From: Candidatus Sericytochromatia bacterium
GTDB taxonomy: Bacteria > Cyanobacteriota > Sericytochromatia > S15B-MN24 > JAQBPE01
DNA length: 64,000 nt
Direction: 5' to 3'
Assembly (NCBI GenBank): GCA_035285325.1
Contig: JAYKJB010000117.1
Location: forward strand, 832-64,831
Shown: positions 43,635 through 52,894 of the stretch, piece after piece
Position numbering within the stretch: the stretch's first letter is position 1
How the letters are laid out: every line of letters starts with the position of its first letter
Translations under genes and position numbers: made by a program
Notes under the pieces: model-generated
Database searches by the model: none
What the model was told of the DNA's origin: nothing
The model's input: only the letters and a program-made list of their open reading frames with translations

Positions 43635-46334
43635 TCATGAAAGCCGGTCGAGGGCCTCGTCGTCTGCGCGCCAGGCTTGTCCCCAGGCCGCCGGGTCGAA
43701 GCGGATGGGGGGCGCACCAGGTCCCAGGGCCCAGTCGGCCGCGCGCGTGATGGCGGAAGCGCGCGGGGGGCTTGGCGCCTCCGGCGGGGGCGCAAAGGGC
43801 ACCCACGTCGGCACGATGCCGGCCGACGCCAGCGCGGGCGCCAGATCATCGAGCCAGCCGCCGGCACGGGCAGCGGCGGAGAGCATCAGGTGGTCGCGCG
43901 CCCGCGTCATCCCGACATAGAGCAAGCGCCGTCGCTCGGCCCGCTCCAGCAGGGCCTGCTCCCTGGCAAGCCAGCGATAGAGCAGCGGCGGAGGCGCCTC
44001 TTCGCTGGAGGCGGAGGCCACGATGCGCAGGGCCACCCCCAGCTGCGCGTCCGCGCGCACCGTGGGCGTATGGACCGGAGGCCGCCGCGCCAGGTCGACC
44101 AGGGCCACCAACGGCCACTCCAGCCCCTTCGACGCGTGAAGGGTCATCAAGCTGACGGCCTCCCCCGTCTCCAGCGCGGGGCGCTCGAAGCTCACGCCGC
44201 TGGCCCGCAGGCGGCGCAGGCGCAGCACCACGCTCTCCAGATCCTGGCCCCCACGCTCGAACTCCCGCACCAGCGTCACCAGGCCCTGCCAGTCGGCCAG
44301 GCGCCGGGCGGCACCGGGCAAATGAGCCAGCACCGCAGTGTAACCGCTGAGGTGGTCGGCGCGAACCAGCAGGTCGGACGGCGCGTCGCCCCGGCGCGCC
44401 GCCCGCAGCGCCGTGAGCCATTGCGCGGCGTGCCGGATGTCAGGCTGGGAGGCCTCCGCCAGAGCCGCCGACCAGTCTCGGGTGTCGCCCAGCGTGGCCG
44501 CCAGCTCCGCCAGCGCACCGTCCGGCACGTGCCCCATCGGGCTGCGCAGCACCGCCACCAGCGAGAGCGCATCGGCGGGGTCGGCCAGCCATTGCAGCAG
44601 GCTCAGACCATCCAGCGCTTCCTGCGTGTCGAACAGGTCTCCCCCCTTGGTCTGCACGGCCGCGATGCCACGCGCCCGCAAGGCCTCCTCGAAGGCCGGC
44701 AAGGCGGCCCAGGTGCGGGCCAGCACCGCCACATCGGTGGGAGCCAGCGGGCGGATGGCCCCGGTGCGTCGGTCGTGAACGGGACGCCCCTCAGCCAGGT
44801 CGCGCGCGATCCGCTCGGCCACGTCAAAGGCCTCCGCCCGCTGCCTGTCCCCACTCGTCACGCGGCGGTCATGAGGGTCCACATCCAACCAGGCCGCCGT
44901 CAGGTGAGGCCCGTCGGCGGGGGCGGCGCGCCGCGCGTCCATGTCGCGATGCAAGGCCCCCAGCAAGGGGGCACAAACCCGGTTCAAGACCGCCACCAGC
45001 GGGACGTGAGTGCGGTAACTGGTCAGCAGCGAGCGTTCTTCGCCGCGGGCCGCGATCGCCTCGCGAAACCGGTGAAACACGCTGACATCCGCGCGCCGGA
45101 AGCCAAAAATCGCCTGCTTGTCATCGCCCACGATGGTGAGCCGGGCGTCCGCCGTCAGCCAGGTCAACAACTCGGCCTGGGTCGGGTTGGTGTCCTGAAA
45201 TTCGTCGACGATGAAGGCCTTCCAGCGCGCCTGGTAGAACGCCCGCACCTCAGGCTGACGCAAGGCCCGCAGCGCCCCCAGTTCCAGGTCGGCGTAATCG
45301 AGGCAACGCGCCTGGCGCTTGGCGACGGCCAGCTGGGCTTGCACCTGCTCCCAGGCCTCCCGCAGCAACGGCTGCACGGCCGGCCAGGCCTGGTCGGCGG
45401 GACCAGGCTGCACGCTGACCTCTGGTTCCAGCGCCTTGAGCGCCTCGCGGACCACTCGAATGGCCTCCTTGAGCGCCTCCACCTCGCTGTCTCGCCCCGG
45501 CCAGCCGAGCTTGCCGCGCAGGGCCAGCCCACTCATCGCCGCACAGGCGGCCGCCGGGTCAGCCGCCCCTGCCGCCGCGGCCTCGAGCAGGGTGACGGCC
45601 TGCAGCGTTTGCGCGCGCAGGGCCTCGATGCGAGCTTCGGGGGGGAAGGCGATCGCCCGCAAGCTTTCCACCGCGTGCTGCCACGTCGGGTCGGCCAGAC
45701 AGTCGGCCAGGGCGGCATCGCGAAGCCAGGCCGCAAGCTCGGTCGGCTCGGGCAGGGGCGCGGCCAGCGCCTGGGCCGCCAGGTGGGGCTCTCGCCCCAG
45801 TTCCTCGAGCGCCTGCCGCATATGACTCCAGGCGAGGCCTTCGAAGCTGCGCGCAGGCAGACGGGCGATCGCCGCGTCCAGTTGTTCCGCCTGCCAGAGG
45901 CGCCCCTCGCGCTCATCCAGCACGCGAAACCCCCGCGGCACCTCGGCCGCGTCCGGATGCTCCCGACAGATGCGGGCGGCCAGGGCGTGCAGCGTGCAGA
46001 TGGGAGCGGCCTCCAGCGCGCCGAGCGTGTCGGGCGTGGCGCCCGGCTGCGCCTGCACCAGGGCCCGCACCCGGGCCCGCAATTCGGTGGCGGCCAGTTC
46101 CGTGAAGGTCACCGCCACCACGGCAAGCGGGCTGAGGCCTTCCACCTGCACGTGATGGAGGAAGCGCCGCGAGAGCAGGGTGGTCTTGCCGGCGCCCGCG
46201 CCGGCCATGACGACGAGGTCCGCATCGACGGCCTCGGGCGGGCTCGAATGTTCAGCGGCAGCAGACACGCCCCATGGTGTCCGCGAGCCGGGTCGATTCG
46301 TCAAGCTGGCACGGCACCCGCCCGCGTCGCCCAC
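43635..46334 (-). CDS. UvrD/PcrA-family (AddA-like) SF1 helicase without a C-terminal nuclease domain
   Basis: Walker A GAGAGKTT, DEFQDTN (motif II), helicase C-terminal VGMTRAR. No PD-(D/E)XK motif in the last 150 aa. The exact start is uncertain. Confidence 0.8.
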   Translation of the reverse strand: MGDAGGCRASLTNRPGSRTPWGVSAAAEHSSPPEAVDADLVVMAGAGAGKTTLLSRRFLHHVQVEGLSPLAVVAVTFTELAATELRARVRALVQAQPGATPDTLGALEAAPICTLHALAARICREHPDAAEVPRGFRVLDEREGRLWQAEQLDAAIARLPARSFEGLAWSHMRQALEELGREPHLAAQALAAPLPEPTELAAWLRDAALADCLADPTWQHAVESLRAIAFPPEARIEALRAQTLQAVTLLEAAAAGAADPAAACAAMSGLALRGKLGWPGRDSEVEALKEAIRVVREALKALEPEVSVQPGPADQAWPAVQPLLREAWEQVQAQLAVAKRQARCLDYADLELGALRALRQPEVRAFYQARWKAFIVDEFQDTNPTQAELLTWLTADARLTIVGDDKQAIFGFRRADVSVFHRFREAIAARGEERSLLTSYRTHVPLVAVLNRVCAPLLGALHRDMDARRAAPADGPHLTAAWLDVDPHDRRVTSGDRQRAEAFDVAERIARDLAEGRPVHDRRTGAIRPLAPTDVAVLARTWAALPAFEEALRARGIAAVQTKGGDLFDTQEALDGLSLLQWLADPADALSLVAVLRSPMGHVPDGALAELAATLGDTRDWSAALAEASQPDIRHAAQWLTALRAARRGDAPSDLLVRADHLSGYTAVLAHLPGAARRLADWQGLVTLVREFERGGQDLESVVLRLRRLRASGVSFERPALETGEAVSLMTLHASKGLEWPLVALVDLARRPPVHTPTVRADAQLGVALRIVASASSEEAPPPLLYRWLAREQALLERAERRRLLYVGMTRARDHLMLSAAARAGGWLDDLAPALASAGIVPTWVPFAPPPEAPSPPRASAITRAADWALGPGAPPIRFDPAAWGQAWRADDEALDRLS

Positions 46335-46455
46335 GCACTCTAAATTTGTTGTTTTCTTGGGTAACTCTTAACCTTTCCTCCCCCTTTCCGACGTCGGACG
46401 GGGCGATCGCCCCCGATAAGCATGATGAGGTTCCCGTCGCGCCGAGGAGAAGATC
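46335..46455. promoter_or_regulatory. AT-enriched divergent promoter region between the AddA-like helicase (minus) and the lipoprotein gene (plus)
   Basis: ctctaaatttgttgttttcttgggtaactcttaacctttcc is markedly lower in GC than the flanks. Confidence 0.3.
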
Positions 46456-47430
46456 GTGACGCATTCATCCGCCCAACACCCCTGGCCGCTCCTGCGCCAC
46501 GCCGCGGCGTTTGGCGTGGCCCTGCTGCTGCTCGCGGGTTGTGGACGAGGAGCCTTCAACACGCCGGCGCGGCCCCTGCGGACTGTCCCGGCGCCAGCCC
46601 GTCTCACCGAGGCGATGCCAGCCGCGCCGGCCGGCCAACCGCCTGCCAATCCGATGCAGCGCCCGACGCCCTCGCTGACCCTGGTCCCGGAGGGCAGTCC
46701 TGGCGCCGGCAGCCCAGGCCTGCCGGCGGGAGCGCGCCCGGCCGCCCCATTGCCTGCACAGGTGACGGGTCCCGCCGCCGGGATCGCCGTGGCCTCACCG
46801 GGCCTCACCGAAGGTGCTCAGTTGCTCGCCGCCGTGCGGCAACGCAACCAATCCGCCAAGGCCTTTCAGGCCTACATCCGCACCTATTCCGAAGGTCACT
46901 TCAATGGGGGCAAGCAAGTCGCCGAACTGCGCAAGGTCAGCAGCGAGATGAAGCTGCTGTGGGCCTCTCCTGCCAGGTTGCGGGTCGAGATGATCAAGAC
47001 CTCCAACCCGCTGGCGGAGGGCGCGTTGCTCACCACCCAGGACACCGTCACCTGCCGGGTGCGGGCCAAGGGGCTGCTCAGCTTCTTGCCCATCACCATG
47101 CCGGCCGATGACCCGCGCCTGGCCAACAACCGCAATCACAGCCTGCCGGAGACCGATCCGAAATCGATGATGGATCGCCTGACCGCCGAGGGGGCCGTCT
47201 GGACCTTTCTGGGTGATGCTGAGGAAGACGGTCGCCCGGTCAAGCGGGTCCAGGTCGACCAGATTCGCTATCTCGATGGCGCGATCACGCGCGAGGTGAT
47301 CGCGGTCGATCCCGCCCTGATGGCCCTGCTGCGCATCACCATGTATGCCGGCAGCGGACGCGTGTTCGACGTGAGGCTGACCGACTTCACCTGGACGCCC
47401 ACCGTCGCCCCTGACGCCTTCTCCTCGTAG
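46456..47430 (+). CDS. Lipoprotein of unknown function
   Basis: GAGGAG RBS. Lipobox LLLAGCG. Pro/Ala-rich linker, then a globular domain. Confidence 0.55.
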   Translation: MTHSSAQHPWPLLRHAAAFGVALLLLAGCGRGAFNTPARPLRTVPAPARLTEAMPAAPAGQPPANPMQRPTPSLTLVPEGSPGAGSPGLPAGARPAAPLPAQVTGPAAGIAVASPGLTEGAQLLAAVRQRNQSAKAFQAYIRTYSEGHFNGGKQVAELRKVSSEMKLLWASPARLRVEMIKTSNPLAEGALLTTQDTVTCRVRAKGLLSFLPITMPADDPRLANNRNHSLPETDPKSMMDRLTAEGAVWTFLGDAEEDGRPVKRVQVDQIRYLDGAITREVIAVDPALMALLRITMYAGSGRVFDVRLTDFTWTPTVAPDAFSS

Positions 47431-47520
47431 CCACACGGGGGGCGTGCTCAGCCACTCGGCCACGTCCAGCAGGATGACGGCGCCCCCTGATCGACCGCTG
47501 GCTTCCCGAGGGCCACTGGC

Positions 47521-50136
47521 TCAGGGGGCTGGCGCCTCCGAGGTGCCGTCCGCCGGCGCCTGGCGCTTGCGCTCCAGCCCGATGCCCACCCGACAGACCG
47601 GCCGCATGTCGCAGCGGCTGCAAGCCTCCCGGCGAAGGTCCGGCTGAACGGCAAAGGTCCCACTCTCGAACGTGCGTCGCACCCGTGCGACGAAGTCCTC
47701 CAGGTCGCTGGCCTCCGGCCGTTTAGAACTCAGAACCCGGGCCTTTTTCAGCGAAAAATAGCGGGTCTGCGCCACGAGGGTATCAGGGCCGCGCGCCTGC
47801 ACGGCTGCCTGTTCGTAGATCGGCAGCTGAAGATCGAGCCCCAGGCGTCCGTGCGCGTCACACACGCCGGCAGGCGGCGAAGCCCCCAGCTTGTAGTCCA
47901 CCAGTTCCAGCGTGCCATCCGCCCGTCGGTCGATGCGATCGATCCGTCCCGTCAACCGCAGCCCCGCCCAGGTGGTGGTGAACGCATCTTCCAGGGCCTC
48001 CGGGCGGGCGCCTGCGCTCAAGAAGTCGTCGGCAGCGATTGCGCGCCGCAGGGTGGCCAGATGTTCCAGGCGCTGACGCTCCCAGCGTGCGTCGGCGGGC
48101 AGTTCCAGCGCCTCCCGGGCCTCCTCCAACGCCGCCGGCAAGGCCTCGCCCAGCCCGGCGCGCCAGTCGAGCTGGTCCAGCGCGGCCTGGCCGGCCTGGA
48201 ACAGGGCCAGATGGTATAAATTGCCGCGTTCCGCGGGCGTCAATTCGTCCTCCGGGACGCGCCGAGGCACCAGCTTGAGCGCATGCGAGGCGAACCAGCG
48301 GAACGGACACTGGCCCAGGGCGGTCAGCTGGGTCACGCTGAACATCTGGGCCGCCGGGTCCCAGCGGCGTCCGGTCTGGCCCTCGTAGGGGCCCGGCGGC
48401 GCGGCGCCTTCCCGGGCCGCCTCGATCGCCAGGGCCGCCTGCAAGCGGGGCGCGAGCGGCTCTTGCTCGGGCGTCAACGCGTCGAGGCAGTGCTGGCGCA
48501 GCATGCGCCGGCTGGCCAGCACCAGCGGCGCCGGCGCTGCCTCCGGCGTGATGCCGCGCTGCGCCCAGTAAGGGCTCGGCAGCGTCGCCCGACCGGCGAG
48601 GCCGCGCGCATGGCTGAGGGTCAGGGCCTCGGTGGCGGCGGCACACGCCGCCTGGAACTCGGCCCACTCCCTTTCGAGCCGGTCGCGGGGAGACGGAAAT
48701 TCAGCCCCCAGCGCCGCGGCGGCGGCCCCATCGTGAAAGTCGCAGGCGGGATTTTCGCGCAACGGCGGCGGCCAATGCCCTTCCGCCAGACCCACGGCGT
48801 AGACCTCCTGAAAGCGCACACCGACGAGCTCCCCGGGTGATAGCAAGGCCACGCCCCCCTCGCCGGGCACCGCCGGCACGCGCAGCAGCGAACTCACGGC
48901 GTTCAGGGCCTCCAGAAAGCCGCGCAGGCTGAGCGCGGTCTCCGCCCGCAGCCAGGCCCGCAGATCCTCCCGCAGCAGGGCCAGTCCGACGTAGGACACC
49001 GGATCCTCTCCGACCCGCTGCAGCAGGCCCAGACGCTGGCAGGCGGCCTCGAACCAGTCGCACCAGGCCACGCCGCTCTGCCCAGCGGGCGGAGTGAAGG
49101 CCTGGCAGAAGTCCGTGGGAAGCGCGGGAGCCGCCGCGTCGCTCGACGCGCCGACCTCGGCGTCAGGCGGGCGTTCGGTCAACCGGTGGCGCCACAGCGC
49201 GGCGCAGGCCCTGTCCCGAAACCCGCCACGGAGCGCTTCCTCCCAGGCCAGCAACCAGGAGCCCAGCCAGGTCTCGGAGAGCGGAATGCGGTGGGTGGGG
49301 CGCAGCGGCAACTCGAACTCGCGGGCGATCGCCAGGGCCAGCGGGGCCTGGGCGGCCGGATCGCGCACGACGATCGCCACGCCTGCGGCGGGCACCCCCG
49401 CCCCCAGCCGCTGCTTGACCAGCCCCAAGACCCCGCGCCATTCCGACTCTTCATCCGCAAAACTGTAGCCGTTCACCCGACGCCCGGCCGCCTCCCGGAA
49501 GACAGGCGGGGCCTCTCGAACGGTCCAGCCATCGTCGCGCAGCCGCTGCATCAGGCGTTGCTGCGCCGCACTGGGGCCCTCGGGCGGCACGGGCAGGCAG
49601 ATGACGCTGCCTGGAGCGGCGATCGCCCCCAGGTAGGTCGACTCGCCCGCATCCAGGCCGAGATACCCCGTCAGCAGGACGGGAAGCGGCCGGAGCGAAG
49701 CCGAGCGGGCGGCCTCCCAGGCCAGTTCCGCCGGATGCAGCAGACCTCGCGCTCGCAGGGACGCTTGCAGAGCGGCCGCCAGGCGGGCCAGGCGTCGGAC
49801 GCGCGGAGGGGCCTCTGTGCCCAGCCGCGTGAGGTCAGCCCCGCCCCGCAACAAGCCGGCCAGCAGAGGCGCCAGGCTGCGGGCTTCCGGCATCACCTCG
49901 CCGGCGGGCAATTCATCCGCAAGCAAGACGAGCAAGTGGCGCTGCCAGTCCAAGGCGGAAGCAACCCGCCACTCGCCTTGCCCGGCCAGCGTCGCGCGGG
50001 CGTGCTGGGCCAACGACTGAAAGGGAACGCCGAGGGCGGCTGCCACACCGGCGTGAGGAACCAGGGCAGTCCGGTCGGCCAGCCACTGCCCCGCGGACTC
50101 CCCATCCAGCGGGGCCAGAACGACGTCTCGCATCAA
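47521..50136 (-). CDS. addB: AddB-like helicase-nuclease subunit (inactive helicase fold plus RecB-family nuclease with Fe-S cluster)
   Basis: TTG start. C-terminal nuclease motif GRIDRIDRRADGTLELVDYKLG. Four-Cys cluster, GVCDAH plus CSRCDMRPVC (C-x2-C-x5-C), exactly as in AddB Fe-S nuclease domains. Confidence 0.75.
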   Translation of the reverse strand: MMRDVVLAPLDGESAGQWLADRTALVPHAGVAAALGVPFQSLAQHARATLAGQGEWRVASALDWQRHLLVLLADELPAGEVMPEARSLAPLLAGLLRGGADLTRLGTEAPPRVRRLARLAAALQASLRARGLLHPAELAWEAARSASLRPLPVLLTGYLGLDAGESTYLGAIAAPGSVICLPVPPEGPSAAQQRLMQRLRDDGWTVREAPPVFREAAGRRVNGYSFADEESEWRGVLGLVKQRLGAGVPAAGVAIVVRDPAAQAPLALAIAREFELPLRPTHRIPLSETWLGSWLLAWEEALRGGFRDRACAALWRHRLTERPPDAEVGASSDAAAPALPTDFCQAFTPPAGQSGVAWCDWFEAACQRLGLLQRVGEDPVSYVGLALLREDLRAWLRAETALSLRGFLEALNAVSSLLRVPAVPGEGGVALLSPGELVGVRFQEVYAVGLAEGHWPPPLRENPACDFHDGAAAAALGAEFPSPRDRLEREWAEFQAACAAATEALTLSHARGLAGRATLPSPYWAQRGITPEAAPAPLVLASRRMLRQHCLDALTPEQEPLAPRLQAALAIEAAREGAAPPGPYEGQTGRRWDPAAQMFSVTQLTALGQCPFRWFASHALKLVPRRVPEDELTPAERGNLYHLALFQAGQAALDQLDWRAGLGEALPAALEEAREALELPADARWERQRLEHLATLRRAIAADDFLSAGARPEALEDAFTTTWAGLRLTGRIDRIDRRADGTLELVDYKLGASPPAGVCDAHGRLGLDLQLPIYEQAAVQARGPDTLVAQTRYFSLKKARVLSSKRPEASDLEDFVARVRRTFESGTFAVQPDLRREACSRCDMRPVCRVGIGLERKRQAPADGTSEAPAP

Positions 50137-50179
50137 GGGCCTTCCTACCCGGCCCAGGCTGCGCCGGAATGAAAGGCGC

Positions 50180-52747
50180 CTACTTCGGCGCCACGAAGGT
50201 GGGGGAGAGTTCCACCGGATACTGGAAGCTTCCGCCGCGGTGCAGCCCGGTCACGGATGGGTAATCCGTCAGGCCACTGACAGCAGGCAAATTCATCCGG
50301 GTGGTCCCGTCCGCCGACAGGATGCTGGTGAGGCGGAAGGTATGCTTGCCAGGCTGATTCAAGGGATCCTCGACCGGCAGCGTCAGGACCAACTGAGAAC
50401 CTTGCCCCTGCACGGTGGTGCTGCGGGTGGTCACGCTGCCATTGGGGGCCTCCAAGTCGTAATTGACCACCCAGGACCCGGAGACCGGGCCGATCGCCCG
50501 AATCGTCAGGCTGGGCAGGTTGGCGGAAACCGGCACGCTCACCACCGAGCCATCGACGACGCCCGTCGCGCTTCCGGACAGCGTGATGCCGTTGCTGCTG
50601 CGTTCCGCCGTGATGTTCGAGGTCGCGCCCCGGATGCCCCACGTGGCGGCGCTGCCGTTCACATTGGCGAAGGTGAGCGGCTCCTGCCGCGTCTTGTTCG
50701 GATAGGCCGATTGCGCGTGCGCGAAGGTCAGGCTGGCCCCACCGACGGGTTGCCCGTCCCAGACGCTGGCGGGACGACCGTCAGCCGCCAAGGACGCGTC
50801 GTTGGACTGGTAGACCAGCGACGCGGAGAGCGGCCGGGAGACCCAGAAGGTGGTGGGCAGCGAGCGGGTGGTGTTCCAGCCGGCGTCCAGCGCGTCCGAG
50901 ACCATCTCGACCCACTCGTTGGGGGCGGTCTGATGGCTGCCGTTCACCCGGAACGAGGCCGAGGGAGCATCCAGCGGAATGGTCGGCTTGACGGTGGCAT
51001 TCGCCAGCGACGGCAGGGTGAAATCTCCCAGGGTCGTCTTGAGCACCACGGGCGCGGAGGGCGTGCCGTAAGCGGTGGATTGGAGGGTCACCCGCGGCAT
51101 GTTCTTGTAGATGCGCAGATTGACGGTCCGGCAATCCACCCGATAGCCGCTGGTGTTGCTGAAGGTGTAGCCGGCTTGCCCTGGCACGGAGGCCGAAGCA
51201 GACCCTGCCGACCCGTCGAGCCCCAGGGTCGAAGCGTAGCCGTCCGAGGCCGCGATGACGGTCAAGGGCGTGTTGGCGCGCAGAGGGGAGAGCGAATGGC
51301 TGAAGTTGACCTGGGCCCCCGGCACGACCCCGCTCAGGCGCGGGTCGTCCGAACTCCAGTTGACCAGCGCGTTGATCGACTTGGAGATCCACGTCGTGTA
51401 GGTGGTTTGCCACTCGCCGCCCGGGTCCTTGACCTTGATCCGGCCTTTCTCGCAATAGTACTGATTCGGGTCGAACTGGTAGTAGACGCAACGCCCGCCG
51501 TTCACCTTGGAATTGTGCGTCACCAGCGTGATCCAGCCGGGAATCGTACTGCCCTTGGCCATGTTCCAGGAATTCTTTTCGTACTGCGCCGCAGTCTGCC
51601 AGGTGGTGCAACCGCCGCCCGACACCGCCGCGTACTGATTGACCCAGTCCACGCTGATGTTGTCGCTGGTGCGGTAGCCGTTCTTCCAGATGGGAATCTG
51701 AATCCCCGGTGTCATCGAGGCCCAGGTTTTCGCGACCCAGAAGGTCTTGGCTTCCTGGTCGTTGAAGGTCTGACACTCGGCGGCCATCAAGCGCCGCTGC
51801 AGCGGTGCCACCCGGGCACCGCCGGTCGTGGCCCCCTGAAGCACAGGCCCCACCACCTGCATGGCCAGCCAGAAGTGGCCCTCCGAATCGCGCGTCACCG
51901 ACTCGGCTTGTTCGGAAAAGGTGTCGCCCGCGGCGTAGCGGTCGGCCAGCAGGGCCTCCATCGGGCCCTCGGCCTTGAAGCGCACCACCGCCTGCGCCCC
52001 CGGCGCCAGCGAGACGCCCTCGCCCAGGTCGAGGCTGTAGTGATAGGTGCCCAGGGGCACGTTGTCGGCCAGTTTATAGCCGGCGTCCGCAAAGGACTGT
52101 TGCGGCCCGTCTTTCTCGCTGCTGTTGGTGAAGGGCATCTGTTCCGGGAGGCGCTGGCCGGGCAAGCCCCATTGGCCATACACGCGGGTCACCGCCACCT
52201 TGGCATCCCCCGTCAGCGAACCGGGCGGGAAAATCACTTCCATATTCCCCGCCGAATTGAGCGCCTTGCCACCGGCCGCCGCCGTGATGGTGGTGCGCTG
52301 CGCATCCACCTGGGGCAGCCGCGCCGCAAAGCCCGGTACGATGTCCATTTCCATCGGGACGTACCCGGGCGCCCGAATGATGGCCGGTTGGCGTCCCAGG
52401 TTGGCGGTCGCAATCGGCATGGTGACCATGCCTTTCGCGTCGGTGAAGCCACGGAAATCACCCACGACCACTTCAGCGCGAGAAATGAAGGCGCCGTCCG
52501 CGCCCACCAGCTGGAATTGGTTCTTTTTGACCTCGCCGACTGGTGCCACCAGACCGAGATTGCGGGCCAGGGTTTCCTCGGCCTGGTAGGCCGGATCGTC
52601 GTTCGTCGCGACGGCACCCGCCGCACCCGACGTGCTGCTGCTCCCTCGGGTTTCGGGTTCCATCACTTGCGGCGCCCGCGTCTGACAGGCCGCCAAGGCC
52701 AGCATCACGGCGATCGCCGCCGGCGCACCCAAACGAACACGACGCAT
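50180..52747 (-). CDS. Large lipoprotein of unknown function (tandem paralog A)
   Basis: Lipobox AAIAVMLALAACQ. About 855 aa, Asn/Ser/Thr/Trp/Tyr/Gly-rich. Co-linear similarity of about 65-70% with the next gene. Confidence 0.7.
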   Translation of the reverse strand: MRRVRLGAPAAIAVMLALAACQTRAPQVMEPETRGSSSTSGAAGAVATNDDPAYQAEETLARNLGLVAPVGEVKKNQFQLVGADGAFISRAEVVVGDFRGFTDAKGMVTMPIATANLGRQPAIIRAPGYVPMEMDIVPGFAARLPQVDAQRTTITAAAGGKALNSAGNMEVIFPPGSLTGDAKVAVTRVYGQWGLPGQRLPEQMPFTNSSEKDGPQQSFADAGYKLADNVPLGTYHYSLDLGEGVSLAPGAQAVVRFKAEGPMEALLADRYAAGDTFSEQAESVTRDSEGHFWLAMQVVGPVLQGATTGGARVAPLQRRLMAAECQTFNDQEAKTFWVAKTWASMTPGIQIPIWKNGYRTSDNISVDWVNQYAAVSGGGCTTWQTAAQYEKNSWNMAKGSTIPGWITLVTHNSKVNGGRCVYYQFDPNQYYCEKGRIKVKDPGGEWQTTYTTWISKSINALVNWSSDDPRLSGVVPGAQVNFSHSLSPLRANTPLTVIAASDGYASTLGLDGSAGSASASVPGQAGYTFSNTSGYRVDCRTVNLRIYKNMPRVTLQSTAYGTPSAPVVLKTTLGDFTLPSLANATVKPTIPLDAPSASFRVNGSHQTAPNEWVEMVSDALDAGWNTTRSLPTTFWVSRPLSASLVYQSNDASLAADGRPASVWDGQPVGGASLTFAHAQSAYPNKTRQEPLTFANVNGSAATWGIRGATSNITAERSSNGITLSGSATGVVDGSVVSVPVSANLPSLTIRAIGPVSGSWVVNYDLEAPNGSVTTRSTTVQGQGSQLVLTLPVEDPLNQPGKHTFRLTSILSADGTTRMNLPAVSGLTDYPSVTGLHRGGSFQYPVELSPTFVAPK

Positions 52748-52894
52748 GGTCACTGACACTGGTGGTCCTCCCCCAATTTCCACCTGAGTCGCCTGAAGCG
52801 GGCTTCAAGCGACTCCCCCAGTTGTCCCGTACCCAACCCGGGAGCCTTTAAACAAGGGTCCTCGCTGTCAGATCCAGGGGGCCGCCGTGGAGCC

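Noticed and set aside
43677-46343. 888-aa plus-strand ORF
   Set aside because: It is antisense to the UvrD-like helicase gene, which carries the full SF1 motif set.
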